Source of the DNA: Patescibacteria group bacterium
GTDB taxonomy: Bacteria; Patescibacteriota; Patescibacteriia; 2-01-FULL-39-33
NCBI GenBank assembly: GCA_041662745.1
Contig: JBAZRV010000004.1
Location: 90,001-122,000, forward strand
Direction of reading: 5' to 3'
Length of the DNA: 32,000 nt
Part shown: positions 1 through 10,932 of the stretch, piece by piece
How positions within the stretch are numbered: the first letter of the stretch is position 1
How the letters are laid out: each line of letters begins with the position of its first letter
The notes under the pieces: model-generated
Told to the model about the DNA's origin: nothing
Databases searched by the model: none
Seen by the model: the letters and a program-made list of their open reading frames with translations, nothing else
Position numbers and translations under genes: made by a program

Positions 1-76
1 TTGTTTGCATATATTTGATTAAATTGCTTACTTATATATTATAGCATAAAAAAACACTAAGACAAGAAGCAAATAT

Positions 77-106
77 AAAAACCGCCGCAATCAGCGACGG
101 TTTTTT
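77..106 (-). terminator. Putative intrinsic terminator downstream of ftsH
   Basis: Inverted repeat aaaaccgccgcaatcagcgacggtttttt just 3' of the minus-strand ftsH stop; followed by a T-rich run on the minus strand. Confidence 0.65.
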
Positions 107-120
107 AAAAAATGTCTTCA

Positions 121-1932
121 TTAAACGAATAACTTTTCAAATTCTTCCGACTCTATGGTTTCCTTTTCTATCAGCGTATTGGCGATCTTATCCAGATACT
201 CCCGTTTCTCGGTAACGACTTTTAAGGCCAGCTTGGCGGCCTCGTCCAGCAAACGGCTAATCTCTTTATCAATTTCTTCAGCGGTTCGGTCGGAATAATC
301 GCGCTCCTCGTGCAGCTCCCGGCCCAAAAAAATCAATTCTTCGCGTTCGCCGAAAGTCCGCAGTCCCAGTTTTTCGCTCATGCCGAAGTCCGAGATTAAA
401 CGGCGCGCCAGCTTGGTGGCCTGGCGCAGATCATTCTGATCGCCGGTAGTCACTTCGTTGAATACTTCTTCTTCAGCGATACGGCCGGCCAGCATTACCG
501 CCAAATCCTCTAGGAACTCACTCTTCGTATGAAGTTTTTTATCTTCTAATGGTAACTTTAAGGTATAACCGGCGGCGGAACCGCGGGCGATGATAGAAAC
601 TTTTCTGACCGGATCGGTGTTAGGCAACTCATGAGCGACCAAGGCATGACCGGCTTCATGATAAGCCGTAATCTTTTTCTCCTTATCATTCAAAATATGG
701 CTCTTGCGTTCCGGACCAAGCAAAACCTTGTCAATGCAGGATAAAATATCATTTTGGATTACCGATTTCTGATTGGTTAGGGCGGCTTTAATGGCTGCTT
801 CGTTCAAGAGATTCATTAAGTCGGCGCCGGAAAATCCCGGCGTGCGTTCCGCCACTTGGCGCAAATCCACATCCTTGGCCAAGGGTTTCTTCTTGGCGTG
901 GACTTTCATGATGGCTTCGCGATCATTGATGTCGGGCAAATCCAGAGTGACTCGGCGATCAAACCGGCCGGGCCGCAACAAGGCGGCGTCAAGGACATCG
1001 GGACGGTTGGTGGCGGCCATGACAATTACGTTGTCTGACGGTTCAAAACCGTCCATCTCGGTTAAAATCTGATTCAGGGTCTGTTCGCGTTCATCGTGCG
1101 ATCCGCCCAAACCGGCTCCGCGTTGGCGGCCGACAGCGTCAATCTCATCAATGAAGATAATGCATGGCGAATGTTTTTTGGCTTTCTTAAACAGGTCGCG
1201 GACGCGGGATGCGCCCACGCCGACAAACATCTCCACGAACTCCGAACCGGAGATGGAAAAAAACGGCACGTTGGCTTCGCCGGCTACAGCCTTGGCCAGC
1301 AAGGTCTTGCCGGTGCCGGGAGAGCCCAACAGCAGAACGCCCTTGGGAATAGTGGCGCCCATGGCCAAAAACTTTTTCGGGCTTTTCAGAAAATCCACAA
1401 CTTCCAATAATTCCTGCTTGGCCTCTTTAACGCCGGCCACGTCCTTGAAGGTAATCTTATTGTCTTTGTCCGGATTAAATTGCCGCGCGCCGCTTTGGCC
1501 GAAAGACATGGCTTTATTATTGGCGCCCGAAGCGGATTTTAGCATAAACCAGAAAAAGGCCAAAATTATAATGGCCGGAATAACGATAGGCAAAAGCGTG
1601 GCCAGCCAAAATTTCCAACCGGCTTCGTTCTTAATATTAATGGCGACTTGGCGAATCTTTTCCGGCGCCACATTATAGTTTTTCAGCATGGCGCTTAGGG
1701 ACTCCTCGGTCTCTTTCTGCACCATTAACTTGCTGCCGTCAGTCAGGATAACGGTTAAAGTATTGGACTCCACATCAATTGATTTGACGGTGTCACTTTC
1801 AATCGCGCTGACCAAAGTGGTAAAATCCGCTTCCTTGGGTTGACTTTGCTGGACTTGCAAGAAAGAAAAAACCACTAAGATGACGATAAAAATTCCGATA
1901 TAAATCAGGGTGTTTTTGGAAATATTTTTCAT
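121..1932 (-). CDS. ftsH: ATP-dependent zinc metalloprotease FtsH
   Basis: Translation has N-terminal TM segment, Walker A GPPGTGKT-like ([18 protein letters not shown]), SRH region and zinc motif HEAGH. The ORF extends to 2148, but the likely start is Met73 ([11 protein letters not shown]) at 1932. Confidence 0.97.
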   Translation of the reverse strand: MKNISKNTLIYIGIFIVILVVFSFLQVQQSQPKEADFTTLVSAIESDTVKSIDVESNTLTVILTDGSKLMVQKETEESLSAMLKNYNVAPEKIRQVAINIKNEAGWKFWLATLLPIVIPAIIILAFFWFMLKSASGANNKAMSFGQSGARQFNPDKDNKITFKDVAGVKEAKQELLEVVDFLKSPKKFLAMGATIPKGVLLLGSPGTGKTLLAKAVAGEANVPFFSISGSEFVEMFVGVGASRVRDLFKKAKKHSPCIIFIDEIDAVGRQRGAGLGGSHDEREQTLNQILTEMDGFEPSDNVIVMAATNRPDVLDAALLRPGRFDRRVTLDLPDINDREAIMKVHAKKKPLAKDVDLRQVAERTPGFSGADLMNLLNEAAIKAALTNQKSVIQNDILSCIDKVLLGPERKSHILNDKEKKITAYHEAGHALVAHELPNTDPVRKVSIIARGSAAGYTLKLPLEDKKLHTKSEFLEDLAVMLAGRIAEEEVFNEVTTGDQNDLRQATKLARRLISDFGMSEKLGLRTFGEREELIFLGRELHEERDYSDRTAEEIDKEISRLLDEAAKLALKVVTEKREYLDKIANTLIEKETIESEEFEKLFV

Positions 1933-1984
1933 AGGTTGTGAATAATTTGCTATAATTAACTTAGACGAATCATAACACATAACT

Positions 1985-2593
1985 ATGGCTAAGTCAAACA
2001 TTGCCGATGGAAAGATTGCCCGGCCGCTGGACGGCTTCTGGCGCGCCACTTTAATAAAGATTTTACCTGACTGGATCACTCCCGATGGATTGTCCTTGCT
2101 AAGATTGATTCTGATACCGGCCGTGCTCTTAGCTTTTGCTTTTGGCAATTTCTTGCTGGCGGTTATTCTATTTGCCTTAGCCGCTCTTTTGGACTCTGTT
2201 GACGGAGCGCTGGCCAGACAAAGAAATATTCATACCTCTTGGGGATTAATTATTGATCCTTTGGCTGATAAACTGCTGATTATGATGACAATCCTGTATT
2301 TGGCTTTAATTTTTCCCGCGCCCTGGCTGATCTTGGCGGTCTTCGGCTTAGAGACATTGCAACTTCTGGGCGCGGCCCTGGTCTTGAGCATCAGTAGCAG
2401 ACCGACGCTTAAAGCCAGCATCTTCGGCAAAACCAAAATGCTTCTGGTTTCCGTAACCGTAGTGCTGATTTTCCTTTGGTTGATTATTAACTGGTCCTGG
2501 CTTCTGGCTTTAACGATTATTTGCCTCTGGCTGACGATAATTTTGCAAGCTATGACTTGTTTGCATTATCTTTATCGGCTGGCCAAAAAATAA
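1985..2593 (+). CDS. CDP-alcohol phosphatidyltransferase family protein (PgsA-like)
   Basis: CDP-OH-P-transferase signature D-SVDGALARQRN...G-IDPLADKLL with several hydrophobic segments. Confidence 0.88.
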   Translation: MAKSNIADGKIARPLDGFWRATLIKILPDWITPDGLSLLRLILIPAVLLAFAFGNFLLAVILFALAALLDSVDGALARQRNIHTSWGLIIDPLADKLLIMMTILYLALIFPAPWLILAVFGLETLQLLGAALVLSISSRPTLKASIFGKTKMLLVSVTVVLIFLWLIINWSWLLALTIICLWLTIILQAMTCLHYLYRLAKK

Positions 2594-2602
2594 CTAAAAG
2601 AT

Positions 2603-2636
2603 AAAAAATATCTCCATTGAAACGGAGATATTTTTT
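2603..2636 (+). terminator. Intrinsic terminator after the phosphatidyltransferase gene
   Basis: aaaatatctcc-attgaaac-ggagatatttttt: GC-containing stem followed by T run. Confidence 0.75.
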
Positions 2637-2640
2637 GTTT

Positions 2641-4752
2641 TTAGACCTCTATAATCACCGGCAAGATCATCGGGCGCTTCTCTGTTTTTTGAAACAGGAA
2701 TTTGCCGATTTCATTGCGCAGCTTTTCTTTCAGGTATTGATCGTCGGGGGCGGTTACCGGATTATTATCCTTAAGAATCTTCTTAATCTTAATCCGAGTC
2801 ATTTCAATCAGGCGCTTGTTCTCTTTCAAATAAACAAAACCGCGGGAAATAATATCGGGACTTTGGATCAATTCTCCGGTCTTGGCGTCCACAGTGGCGA
2901 TAATAACCAACATGCCGTCTTCCGCCAATTGCTGACGGTCGCGCAACACGATATTATTCATATCGGTAATGCCCAGGCCATCAACAAACACATAGGAAGC
3001 CGGGACTTTTTTGCTTAAGATGCCGGCGTTATTGCCGTCAAACTCAATGATACTGCCGTTATCCGGCACAAAAATCCTATTCGGACTGAAACCGATGTCT
3101 TGCGCCAGCTTGGCCGCCTCCTTCAGCATGTAATGATTGGCATAAGAAGGAATAAAATAATCCGGCTTAATGGATTTAAGCATGTAGGCGATATCCTCGC
3201 GATTGCCATGGCCGGACACGTGGATATCCATGATATTGCCATGGATAACATTGTCGCATTGGCGATACAGATTGTCTTTCAAACGCTGGATAGTCCGTTC
3301 ATTGCCCGGAATAACCGAAGAGGAAAGGATAACGGTATCGTTTTTACGCAATTTAACCGACTTGTCATTGCCGTCAATAATACGAGACAGGGCGGCGTTT
3401 CCTTCGCCTTGCGAACCGGTGCATAAAATAACGATTTTCTTTTCCGGATATTGATCAATATCCTCCACTCTGATAACCGAGTTTTTTTGGTATTTGATAT
3501 AACCTAACTTCTTGGCAATCTCCACGTTATTCTTCATGCTGTAGCCCATCAAGGCCACTTTCTTGTTGAGTTTTTCACAGGTAGCGATAATCCAACTGAT
3601 TCTTTCTATTTGGGAAGAAAAAGTGCCGATAATCATGCGGCCGGGAGCTTCCGTAATCAGCCGGGTAATATTTTTTTGCATTTCTTCAGTCGTGGCCGAT
3701 TCTCTGATATCAATAGCGCCTAATGACTCCAACATCAGAATGGTCGGGCGCGGCAGCTTGGCCAGATAATCATAGCCCAGCAGAGGCTTGCCGTTCTTAT
3801 CTTTCTCTAACGTCCAATCGCCGGGATGTATAACCGTGGCAACGGGCGTTTTGATGATTACGCCGACCGCATCCATAATGGAATGATCAATGGGGAAGAA
3901 AGAGATGTCAAAGGCGCCCAATTTCAAGCGGTCGCTGATTTTCTGCACCATAATGACTTTCAATTTTTTAGAACCGTCCTTTTTATAATCCTCAACGCGA
4001 TGTTTCACCAAAGCGATGGTTAGCGGCCGGCCGACAATAGTCGGATTACCCAGCTTCTCCAGCAATATCGGCGCCGCACCGATATGATCCAAGTGGCCAT
4101 GGGAAAAAATCACGCCCTTGACGTTTTTTTCTTTGCCTCTCAGATACTCAATATTGGGGATGATATAATCAATGCCCGGCATATCCTCTTCCGGAAACTG
4201 TATGCCCATATCCAAAATCACGATATCGTTTTTGTATTCAAATATCGTCATATTGCGGCCAACCTCTTCATAACCGCCGATCGGGATAATACGCAGCTTA
4301 TCGCTACCCTTGACTCCGGTCGCGGTTGCCGCAGCTGTTTGGCCGGTGCGTAAAGCGCCGGAACGCAAATCACGCACCAGGGGTTGGCGGAATTGTTCGC
4401 GCGCGGTTTTAATGGCAGTCTGCTGTTTCTGACGCGAGTCTCCTGCCTGATAATTGCCGGCCCTATCGCGTTTCGGCCAAAAACCCCCGGGCTTCTGTTG
4501 TTTCAAAGCGGCTTGTTTGGCTTGAACCGAACGATTGGCCGGCACATCCATGCCGCTCAACCATTGATCCAGGCTTAAGTTTTTTTTGTCCGCTTTTTCT
4601 TCAACCGGCTTGCCGGAAGATGTCGCTGCGGGACCGCGAAAAGCGCCGGAGGGCTTTCGTTGCGGTTTGTGCGATTTTTTCATGGCAGAAAATGCCGGCC
4701 CCTTGAATTCCTTCTTGGGCGCATTCCGCCTGTAGTTTGTACTACTATTCAT
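2641..4752 (-). CDS. rnj: Ribonuclease J (metallo-beta-lactamase / beta-CASP) with long basic disordered N-terminal extension
   Basis: Metal-binding motif SHGHLDHIG, IPIGGYEEVGRNM start, beta-CASP region and C-terminal RNase J domain; the first ~145 aa are low-complexity K/Q/R-rich. Confidence 0.93.
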   Translation of the reverse strand: MNSSTNYRRNAPKKEFKGPAFSAMKKSHKPQRKPSGAFRGPAATSSGKPVEEKADKKNLSLDQWLSGMDVPANRSVQAKQAALKQQKPGGFWPKRDRAGNYQAGDSRQKQQTAIKTAREQFRQPLVRDLRSGALRTGQTAAATATGVKGSDKLRIIPIGGYEEVGRNMTIFEYKNDIVILDMGIQFPEEDMPGIDYIIPNIEYLRGKEKNVKGVIFSHGHLDHIGAAPILLEKLGNPTIVGRPLTIALVKHRVEDYKKDGSKKLKVIMVQKISDRLKLGAFDISFFPIDHSIMDAVGVIIKTPVATVIHPGDWTLEKDKNGKPLLGYDYLAKLPRPTILMLESLGAIDIRESATTEEMQKNITRLITEAPGRMIIGTFSSQIERISWIIATCEKLNKKVALMGYSMKNNVEIAKKLGYIKYQKNSVIRVEDIDQYPEKKIVILCTGSQGEGNAALSRIIDGNDKSVKLRKNDTVILSSSVIPGNERTIQRLKDNLYRQCDNVIHGNIMDIHVSGHGNREDIAYMLKSIKPDYFIPSYANHYMLKEAAKLAQDIGFSPNRIFVPDNGSIIEFDGNNAGILSKKVPASYVFVDGLGITDMNNIVLRDRQQLAEDGMLVIIATVDAKTGELIQSPDIISRGFVYLKENKRLIEMTRIKIKKILKDNNPVTAPDDQYLKEKLRNEIGKFLFQKTEKRPMILPVIIEV

Positions 4753-4908
4753 AAAATTCTAATTACACTCCTTAATATTTAATGTGCCAAAAAACAAAAA
4801 TGTCTTTTTAGCGAGCGACCGTGCGGTCGCTGAGAGTTAACCGCGTTAAATCCAGCTAAGCTGAAATTTTTCTGAAAGAAAAATAATTTAACGAAGCAAA
4901 TGTAATTG

Positions 4909-4992
4909 TGCCGACGGAGAGACTTGAACTCTCACGGCCTTGCGGCCACACGGCTCTGAACCGTGCGTGTCTACCAATTTCACCACATCGGC
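4909..4992 (-). tRNA. tRNA-Leu (CAG)
   Basis: Minus-strand cloverleaf GCCGATG...CACGG TTCAGAG CCGTG...variable arm...GTTCAAGTC...CGTCGGC A; class II variable arm. Confidence 0.93.
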
Positions 4993-5088
4993 AAGAACAG
5001 AAACCTCAGTTTAATGAGGTAATTAATTAAGTGAGGTATAAAGCATTAATACTGTATTATACAGCAAAAAAGGAAAAAAGTCAAGGGG

Positions 5089-6927
5089 TTAATGGCGCCA
5101 AGCGTATTTTACCCTAACATACCACTCGCTGACGTTAGCCAAGCGATCGCTGTAGCTGGCGATGGAAGTAACGTCAAAACCCTTTAGATTGCTGGACTGG
5201 GGATAGGTATAGGAGGGGCTATAAAGAAAAATCGCCGGCAATTGCTGGGAAATTATTTTTTGGAATTCCCAGTATTTTTCCTGCCTTTGGCCGTGATCCA
5301 AAATACGCCGCGCCGCCTCCAATAAAGCGTCAACCTTGCTATCGGAAAAAACCGCTAAATTAGATCCGGGATATTCATTCTGCGAAGAGTGCCAAAAGGC
5401 AAACGGATCGGGATCGGAAGACATGTTCTCCGAAAACAGCAGGATTTCGTAACGGCGATTGTTGATATTCTCTTGGATAATCTTATTCTTATCCACCGCC
5501 TCAATCGTGGTAATAATGCCTAACTGATCCCAAGATTCCTTGATAATCTTGGCGATAGCCAAATACTGCGGCTGGTCGGGAACGGTCAAAGTAAGACGCA
5601 ATTCATAATCTTTTTTCTGCAATACCTGCTCAATCATGCTATCGCCGGTGGAAGTAGCCACCAGCTTCCAGCCATTGGTTTGCAATAAAGCGGCGGCGGC
5701 TTCCAAATCGTAAGAATATTTCTTGATATCCGGGCTATTGTCAATGCCGGGAAGAATCGGCGCATCAATTATCTTGGCTTGGCCGCCGAACGCTTCCTTA
5801 ACCATTCGTTCCTTGTCCACAGCCAAAGCCAACGCTTGGCGGATATAATCCGCCTGAAGCAAGGCATTCTTCTTTTGATTGAAAAATATTGCGGCATATT
5901 GCGGCTGTTCCAACTCATGCATAACGATATTCTTATGGCGTTTCAAATCAGTCTGATTCTCCCGCGGCAAATAAGCCAAACCGTCCACGCTTTTGTTCTT
6001 TAGGGCGTCCAAAGCCGAATTAACATCGCCGTAGAATTTGAATACTAATTGTTTCAAGTAGGGTTTAGCGCCATAATAATCGGCATTGGCCGATAGCGTA
6101 TAAGATTTAATTACGCCGCTTTTGTCTTTTTTAAAACTCTCCACCTCCCAGGGACCGGTGCCAACGGGCTTCTTGTTCAACTCATTCAAATCGGCATTGG
6201 CTGGCGGAATATTATACCATAAATGTTCGGGCAGAATGCCGAAGGTCAGCATACTGGCAAACGGCGCAAACGGCTCTTTGAGCGTAAACTTCAGGGTATA
6301 ATCGTCAATCTTTTCCGCCACCACTCCGCGGAAACTTTTGGCTAAAGGGCTTTTAAATTCCGTATCCTGCAAAGAGGAAACGGTAAAAATAACATCATCG
6401 GCTTTGAAAGATTCACCGTCATGCCATTTAATATCTTGACGCAGATAAAAAGTATAAACCAAACCATCATTGGAAACCTCATAACGCTCGGCCAGATCCG
6501 GGGTCAACTGATGATTCTTGTCATAGGCCAGCAAAGAGGAAAAAATCAGCCGGCTCAAATCGCCGTCCACGCTATTGGTTTGAGATAGGATCGGATTAAT
6601 AAAACGCGGCGAACCGATCAATCCCTCCGAATACTCCCCGCCAACCTGCGGCAAGGGCACAGAAAAAATGACAAAAACCTTAAACGCCAAAAAAATAAAG
6701 CAAACAACGGCAACAGCGCTAAAAAAACGCAACTGCCTGTTTTCCGACGCTGATAAGAATTTGGGCAAATATTTGAAATGCTTCAAGCGCAAACGCCTGT
6801 TTACATTCAAGCCGAACAGAATCTTTCGGTCATAATGGTGCTGGCGCTTAAAGCGACGCAATTCCAAGTTTTGCCGATCAAAAAATCTCTCAACTTTCCT
6901 TCTGAGATTTTTAAATAAAAAATCCAC
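5089..6927 (-). CDS. Peptide/oligopeptide ABC transporter substrate-binding protein (family 5, OppA/DppA-like)
   Basis: LTPDLAERYEVSNDGLVYTFYLRQDIKWHDGESFKADDVIFT is typical of SBP family 5; N-terminal membrane anchor follows a basic segment. Confidence 0.9.
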   Translation of the reverse strand: MDFLFKNLRRKVERFFDRQNLELRRFKRQHHYDRKILFGLNVNRRLRLKHFKYLPKFLSASENRQLRFFSAVAVVCFIFLAFKVFVIFSVPLPQVGGEYSEGLIGSPRFINPILSQTNSVDGDLSRLIFSSLLAYDKNHQLTPDLAERYEVSNDGLVYTFYLRQDIKWHDGESFKADDVIFTVSSLQDTEFKSPLAKSFRGVVAEKIDDYTLKFTLKEPFAPFASMLTFGILPEHLWYNIPPANADLNELNKKPVGTGPWEVESFKKDKSGVIKSYTLSANADYYGAKPYLKQLVFKFYGDVNSALDALKNKSVDGLAYLPRENQTDLKRHKNIVMHELEQPQYAAIFFNQKKNALLQADYIRQALALAVDKERMVKEAFGGQAKIIDAPILPGIDNSPDIKKYSYDLEAAAALLQTNGWKLVATSTGDSMIEQVLQKKDYELRLTLTVPDQPQYLAIAKIIKESWDQLGIITTIEAVDKNKIIQENINNRRYEILLFSENMSSDPDPFAFWHSSQNEYPGSNLAVFSDSKVDALLEAARRILDHGQRQEKYWEFQKIISQQLPAIFLYSPSYTYPQSSNLKGFDVTSIASYSDRLANVSEWYVRVKYAWRH

Positions 6928-7009
6928 GGTTAAAATTACAAATTATAACTAGCCTAACTATGACTGCCCGCAAGCTCGCGACCGTCAATCAATCGCCAGC
7001 TAAGCGCCG

Positions 7010-7219
7010 CTAATAAAGCGCGTTGAGCAGAGAAACCCCTAAAAAGATTATCGCAATAACGATAGTGGCGTTAAACAGCACTTGTTCCAAACCGCGCTTG
7101 GTCCTGTACACGTTGCCTTCGCCGCCAAAAGCCGCGCCCAAGCCGGTACCGCGATTCTGCAACAGGATTACTGCCACCAAAGCAACGGCGGAAATAAGCT
7201 GAATGACATCTAAAATCAT
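7010..7219 (-). CDS. secG: Preprotein translocase subunit SecG
   Basis: 69 aa, two TM helices, VILLQNRGTGLGAAFGG...RRG.E..L signature region. Confidence 0.9.
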   Translation of the reverse strand: MILDVIQLISAVALVAVILLQNRGTGLGAAFGGEGNVYRTKRGLEQVLFNATIVIAIIFLGVSLLNALY

Positions 7220-7393
7220 ATTTAATACGTTTTAATATCTGGTTTTAAGCTGATTTAATACTATCATAAGCGGGACCAAAAGTCAAACCGAAAAAGCAAC
7301 GCCCAACGAACGATTTTCCTTAATCAGCTGGATTTATTACTGATTATTATGCTATAATAAAAAAGATAAAAAGAAGCATTTCCTAATTTATAT

Positions 7394-9007
7394 TTGCCTT
7401 TTAATCTAACTTTTTCTATGCCCCAAACCACAGGCGAAGCCGAATGGCTTTTACAGGCGCTAAAAAAGAATTACAGTCGCTCCGCGCCCAAGGATTCATC
7501 CAAAATAAAACTCAATCAGCTGATATCCAAATTGGGATTTTTTTACGAAAAAGTCAGAAACGCCATTGATTATAATGACGAACATTTGATCCGACGCAAT
7601 TCCCTGCGCCGGCTGATCACCAGGCAAATGAAATTCCTGGCCGAGCGAGATCCGGTTAAGATCGCCGAAACCGTAATTTTTGAATTCATTCGCGCCAAAT
7701 ACCTGCCCAACGATGCCCTGCCGGAAAGCGACATCGAGCAAACCGCGGCCGTTATCGCCAAATACCTGACGCTATTCAATCACCTGCAGAACCATCCGGT
7801 GGCGGAAACCAAAAAAATCAACGATTGGCTTTTGGATCTCCTGACTTGCGAAGTTGACGAATACCTTTTCCCCAACGGCCGGGATATGGCGATGGTTAAT
7901 TTCATGTACGGCGAAATGATCAAAAGCATTTCTTTCGTCAAAAGCTCCCTGGACGAAAAAGAACGCAATCTGCAAATCTACATTGCCGTCCTGAAAAACT
8001 TAATCAAGGCCGATCTGCCGCTGATCCGCTATTGGCTCGTCAAATTATACAATCCGCGCTGGAATTCCTTCACCCCCGACGATATTAAAAAATTCGCTCC
8101 CAATTTGGCCGCTGCCAGAAACAGCATTGAGTTGCATCTTAACCATTATTCCGGCTATCAGATAACGCAGATGATCAAGAAACAGGCCGTCTTCTTCCAA
8201 ATTCTCAGAGAAATCATTGAGCAGAGCGACGACGACATCCGAGAAACAATCAATGATGAGAATAAATTAGAAGAAAAAATCAGCGAGGTCTGCAACAAGA
8301 ACTACAAACGCATCCGCGGCAAACTGATCGGTTCAATCGTCCGCGTCATCATTTATATCCTGTTCACCAAGACTATTCTGGCTGTCATTTTGGAACTGCC
8401 CTACGACCAATTCATCGTCGGCCAGGTCAATTGGTATGCGCTCTTGATCAATATTGTTTTCCATCCCTGCCTGATGTTTGTCATCGCCATGTCCATCAAG
8501 GTGCCGGGACAAAAAAACACCCGGGTCATTATTGAGGAGATCAAAAAAATCATTTACGGCAGCGAACGCAAACTGGTTTATAAGCCGCGCAAACTGTTGC
8601 GTCGCGGCTCCTTCACCTTTATTTTCTTCAACGCCATCTACTTAGTCATGTTCGGCATCTCCTTTGGCGCCGTAGTCGCGGTTTTGCATCGTTTGGACTT
8701 TAACCTGCTTTCCGGCGCGCTGTTCATCTTCTTCTTGACTCTTGTTTCCTTTTTCGGCTTCCGCCTGCGCAATTTTGCCAATCAATTCCTGGTCGTGCCC
8801 CGCAAAGAAAACCTGTGGAATTTCCTGTTAGACTTTTTCTCCTTGCCGATCATCCGCGCCGGCAAATTCTTTTCCACTAATTTTTCCAAAATCAACGTTT
8901 TTTTATACATCCTGGATTTCATCATTGAAACGCCGTTCAAAATGTTAGTGGAATTGCTGGAGAAAGCGCTGTCATTCATCGGTGAAAAACGAGAAGAAAT
9001 ATCTTAA
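7394..9007 (+). CDS. Hypothetical membrane protein (537 aa)
   Basis: Long single ORF with soluble N-terminal half and several hydrophobic segments in the C-terminal half; no family recognised. Confidence 0.8.
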   Translation: MPFNLTFSMPQTTGEAEWLLQALKKNYSRSAPKDSSKIKLNQLISKLGFFYEKVRNAIDYNDEHLIRRNSLRRLITRQMKFLAERDPVKIAETVIFEFIRAKYLPNDALPESDIEQTAAVIAKYLTLFNHLQNHPVAETKKINDWLLDLLTCEVDEYLFPNGRDMAMVNFMYGEMIKSISFVKSSLDEKERNLQIYIAVLKNLIKADLPLIRYWLVKLYNPRWNSFTPDDIKKFAPNLAAARNSIELHLNHYSGYQITQMIKKQAVFFQILREIIEQSDDDIRETINDENKLEEKISEVCNKNYKRIRGKLIGSIVRVIIYILFTKTILAVILELPYDQFIVGQVNWYALLINIVFHPCLMFVIAMSIKVPGQKNTRVIIEEIKKIIYGSERKLVYKPRKLLRRGSFTFIFFNAIYLVMFGISFGAVVAVLHRLDFNLLSGALFIFFLTLVSFFGFRLRNFANQFLVVPRKENLWNFLLDFFSLPIIRAGKFFSTNFSKINVFLYILDFIIETPFKMLVELLEKALSFIGEKREEIS

Positions 9008-9013
9008 AAACAT

Positions 9014-9664
9014 ATGAAATTCAATCTTAAATCGGAAATAATTCCCTGGCTGCTAATCATAGCCAGCAGCATCGCCGCCATTTATTTTTATTTCAATTTC
9101 CCCACCGTCGTGGCCACGCATTGGAATTTTTCCGGCCAAGCCGACGGATTTTCCGGGCGCGGCTTCGGCGCTTTTTTCCTGCCGGTACTGGTCATTATCT
9201 TTTATTTGTTTATGACCCTGTTGCCCTACTTGGATCCCAAAAAGGAACGCTACCAGGAATTCTTCGGCCCCTACCTGGGGTTTAGAACGGTTTTAATCCT
9301 TCTTTTCGTGTTCTTGCAATTCATTACCGGTTTTTACAATCTCGGCTACAAGCTTAATATCGGCCTTGCCGTAGCTTGGCTGATCGGACTCTTAATGCTG
9401 TATATCGGCTGGCTGATGCCAAAAATAAAAAGCAACTGGTTTGTCGGCATTCGCACCCCCTGGACCTTAAGCTCGGAAAACGTCTGGAACAAAACCCACG
9501 CCCTCGGCCGCTGGCTGTTTGTGATTTTCGGCCTGGATCTTATTTTGATGCCTTATCTGCCGGAGACCTGGGCGATTACGGCCTTCATCTTGGGACTCGC
9601 AATTCTGCTGCTGGGCAGTTTCGGCTACTCCTATTGGTTATATCGGCAAGAGAAAAAATCCTAA
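9014..9664 (+). CDS. SdpI / DUF1648-family integral membrane protein
   Basis: PTVVATHWNFSGQADGFSGR and later VGIRTPWTLSSENVWNKTHALGR match the DUF1648/SdpI signatures. Confidence 0.85.
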   Translation: MKFNLKSEIIPWLLIIASSIAAIYFYFNFPTVVATHWNFSGQADGFSGRGFGAFFLPVLVIIFYLFMTLLPYLDPKKERYQEFFGPYLGFRTVLILLFVFLQFITGFYNLGYKLNIGLAVAWLIGLLMLYIGWLMPKIKSNWFVGIRTPWTLSSENVWNKTHALGRWLFVIFGLDLILMPYLPETWAITAFILGLAILLLGSFGYSYWLYRQEKKS

Positions 9665-9666
9665 TT

Positions 9667-9700
9667 TTTCGTCATTGCGAGCGTAGCGCGGCAATCTCTT
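9667..9700. repeat. REP-like interspersed palindromic element (cgtcattgcgagcgtagcgcggcaatct type)
   Basis: Sequence tcgtcattgcgagcgtagcgcggcaatctctttt resembles a common dispersed bacterial repeat; one copy seen in this window. Confidence 0.5.
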
Positions 9701-9724
9701 TTACCGTCCTACTCGCTTTTTTCT

Positions 9725-10810
9725 ATGAACCGCTACATTGCTATTAGCGCCATCACAATTTTTTGCTTGCTTGCCATCGGTATCGGCGTCGCTTGGGCGC
9801 CGATTTTTCCTCTGGCCAAACAATTGACGGGAGCGCCGCTGACGGCTCTGCCGCCGAAATCCGACTCCCTGCCGGCCGAGCCGAAACAGGCAACTGCCAC
9901 ACTGATTTTCGGCGGCGATGTCATGCTCTCGCGCAATGTCGGACAAAAAATGGCCAAATACCAAGATTGGTCCTGGCCGTTTGCAAATATCGCCGGACTG
10001 CTGGCGGACGCCGATTTAACGGTCATCAATCTGGAGTCGCCCTTTACCATCGGCGGTTCGCATTTGGTTAAAACCGGATCATTTTCTTTTAACGCCGATC
10101 CGCAAGCGCTGGCCGGACTGGCTCAAGCGGGCATTGATGTGGTCGCTCTGGCCAATAATCATATTTTAAACCAGGGCAAAAAGGGCGTAATTGATACGCA
10201 AAAACTTTTAACCGCTAACGGCATTGCTTTTGCCGGCGCCGGACTCAATGAAAGCGAAGCCGGCAGGCCGGCAATCAAAGAAATAAACGGAATCAAATTC
10301 GGTTTTTTATCTTATGCTTATCCGAATGATTATTCCGTGGCCGGCGCTTCTACGCCCGGACTGGCCGGCATGGACATAAGTAAAATGACAACGGCTGTTG
10401 CCAATTTAAAAACAGAAGCTGACTTGGTGGCGGTCTTAATGCACGCCGGAATTGAATACGTTAACACGCCCAATAAACAACAGGTCGCTTTTGCCCATGC
10501 CGCCATTGATGCCGGGGCCGACCTGGTAATCGGCCATCATCCGCACTGGGCGCAGACCGTTGAGATTTATAACGGCAAACCGATTGTGTATTCTTTGGGC
10601 AACCTGATCTTTGATCAGATGTGGTCGCTGGAAACGCAACAAGGCGCCTTAGCCGAAATAAAAGTGGCTGACAAGCAGATAAGTTCAATCAAGATTATTC
10701 CGATCAAAATCATTGATTACGGCCAAGCGATTCTGGCTACCGGTACGGACAAAGAGTTGACCTTAAAAAGGATGGGATTAAATAATGAGGTAATTAACAT
10801 TAATAATTAA
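9725..10810 (+). CDS. CapA family protein (poly-gamma-glutamate synthesis-like metallophosphatase)
   Basis: FGGDVMLSRNVG, VINLESPFT, VVALANNHILNQG, LMHAGIEY, GADLVIGHHPH motifs. Confidence 0.9.
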   Translation: MNRYIAISAITIFCLLAIGIGVAWAPIFPLAKQLTGAPLTALPPKSDSLPAEPKQATATLIFGGDVMLSRNVGQKMAKYQDWSWPFANIAGLLADADLTVINLESPFTIGGSHLVKTGSFSFNADPQALAGLAQAGIDVVALANNHILNQGKKGVIDTQKLLTANGIAFAGAGLNESEAGRPAIKEINGIKFGFLSYAYPNDYSVAGASTPGLAGMDISKMTTAVANLKTEADLVAVLMHAGIEYVNTPNKQQVAFAHAAIDAGADLVIGHHPHWAQTVEIYNGKPIVYSLGNLIFDQMWSLETQQGALAEIKVADKQISSIKIIPIKIIDYGQAILATGTDKELTLKRMGLNNEVININN

Positions 10811-10875
10811 TAGTTAAACCGATTAAGAACCGAATTGATTCATTCCCCGGATCAAACTTATATTAAGCAATTTTA

Positions 10876-10912
10876 AAAGCGGAGCATGTCATCACGACAT
10901 TCTCCGCTTTTT
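10876..10912. terminator. Bidirectional intrinsic terminator between convergent genes
   Basis: aaagcggagcatgtc-atcac-gacattctccgcttttttg; near-perfect stem, T-rich on + and A/T-rich on -. Confidence 0.8.
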
Positions 10913-10932
10913 TGTGCTATTTGGTGGCGCCC

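Noticed and set aside
4814-4831. Perfect hairpin agcgacc-gtgc-ggtcgct between tRNA-Leu and RNase J considered as a terminator.
   Set aside because: No T run on the 3' side on either strand; possibly just a short palindromic repeat.
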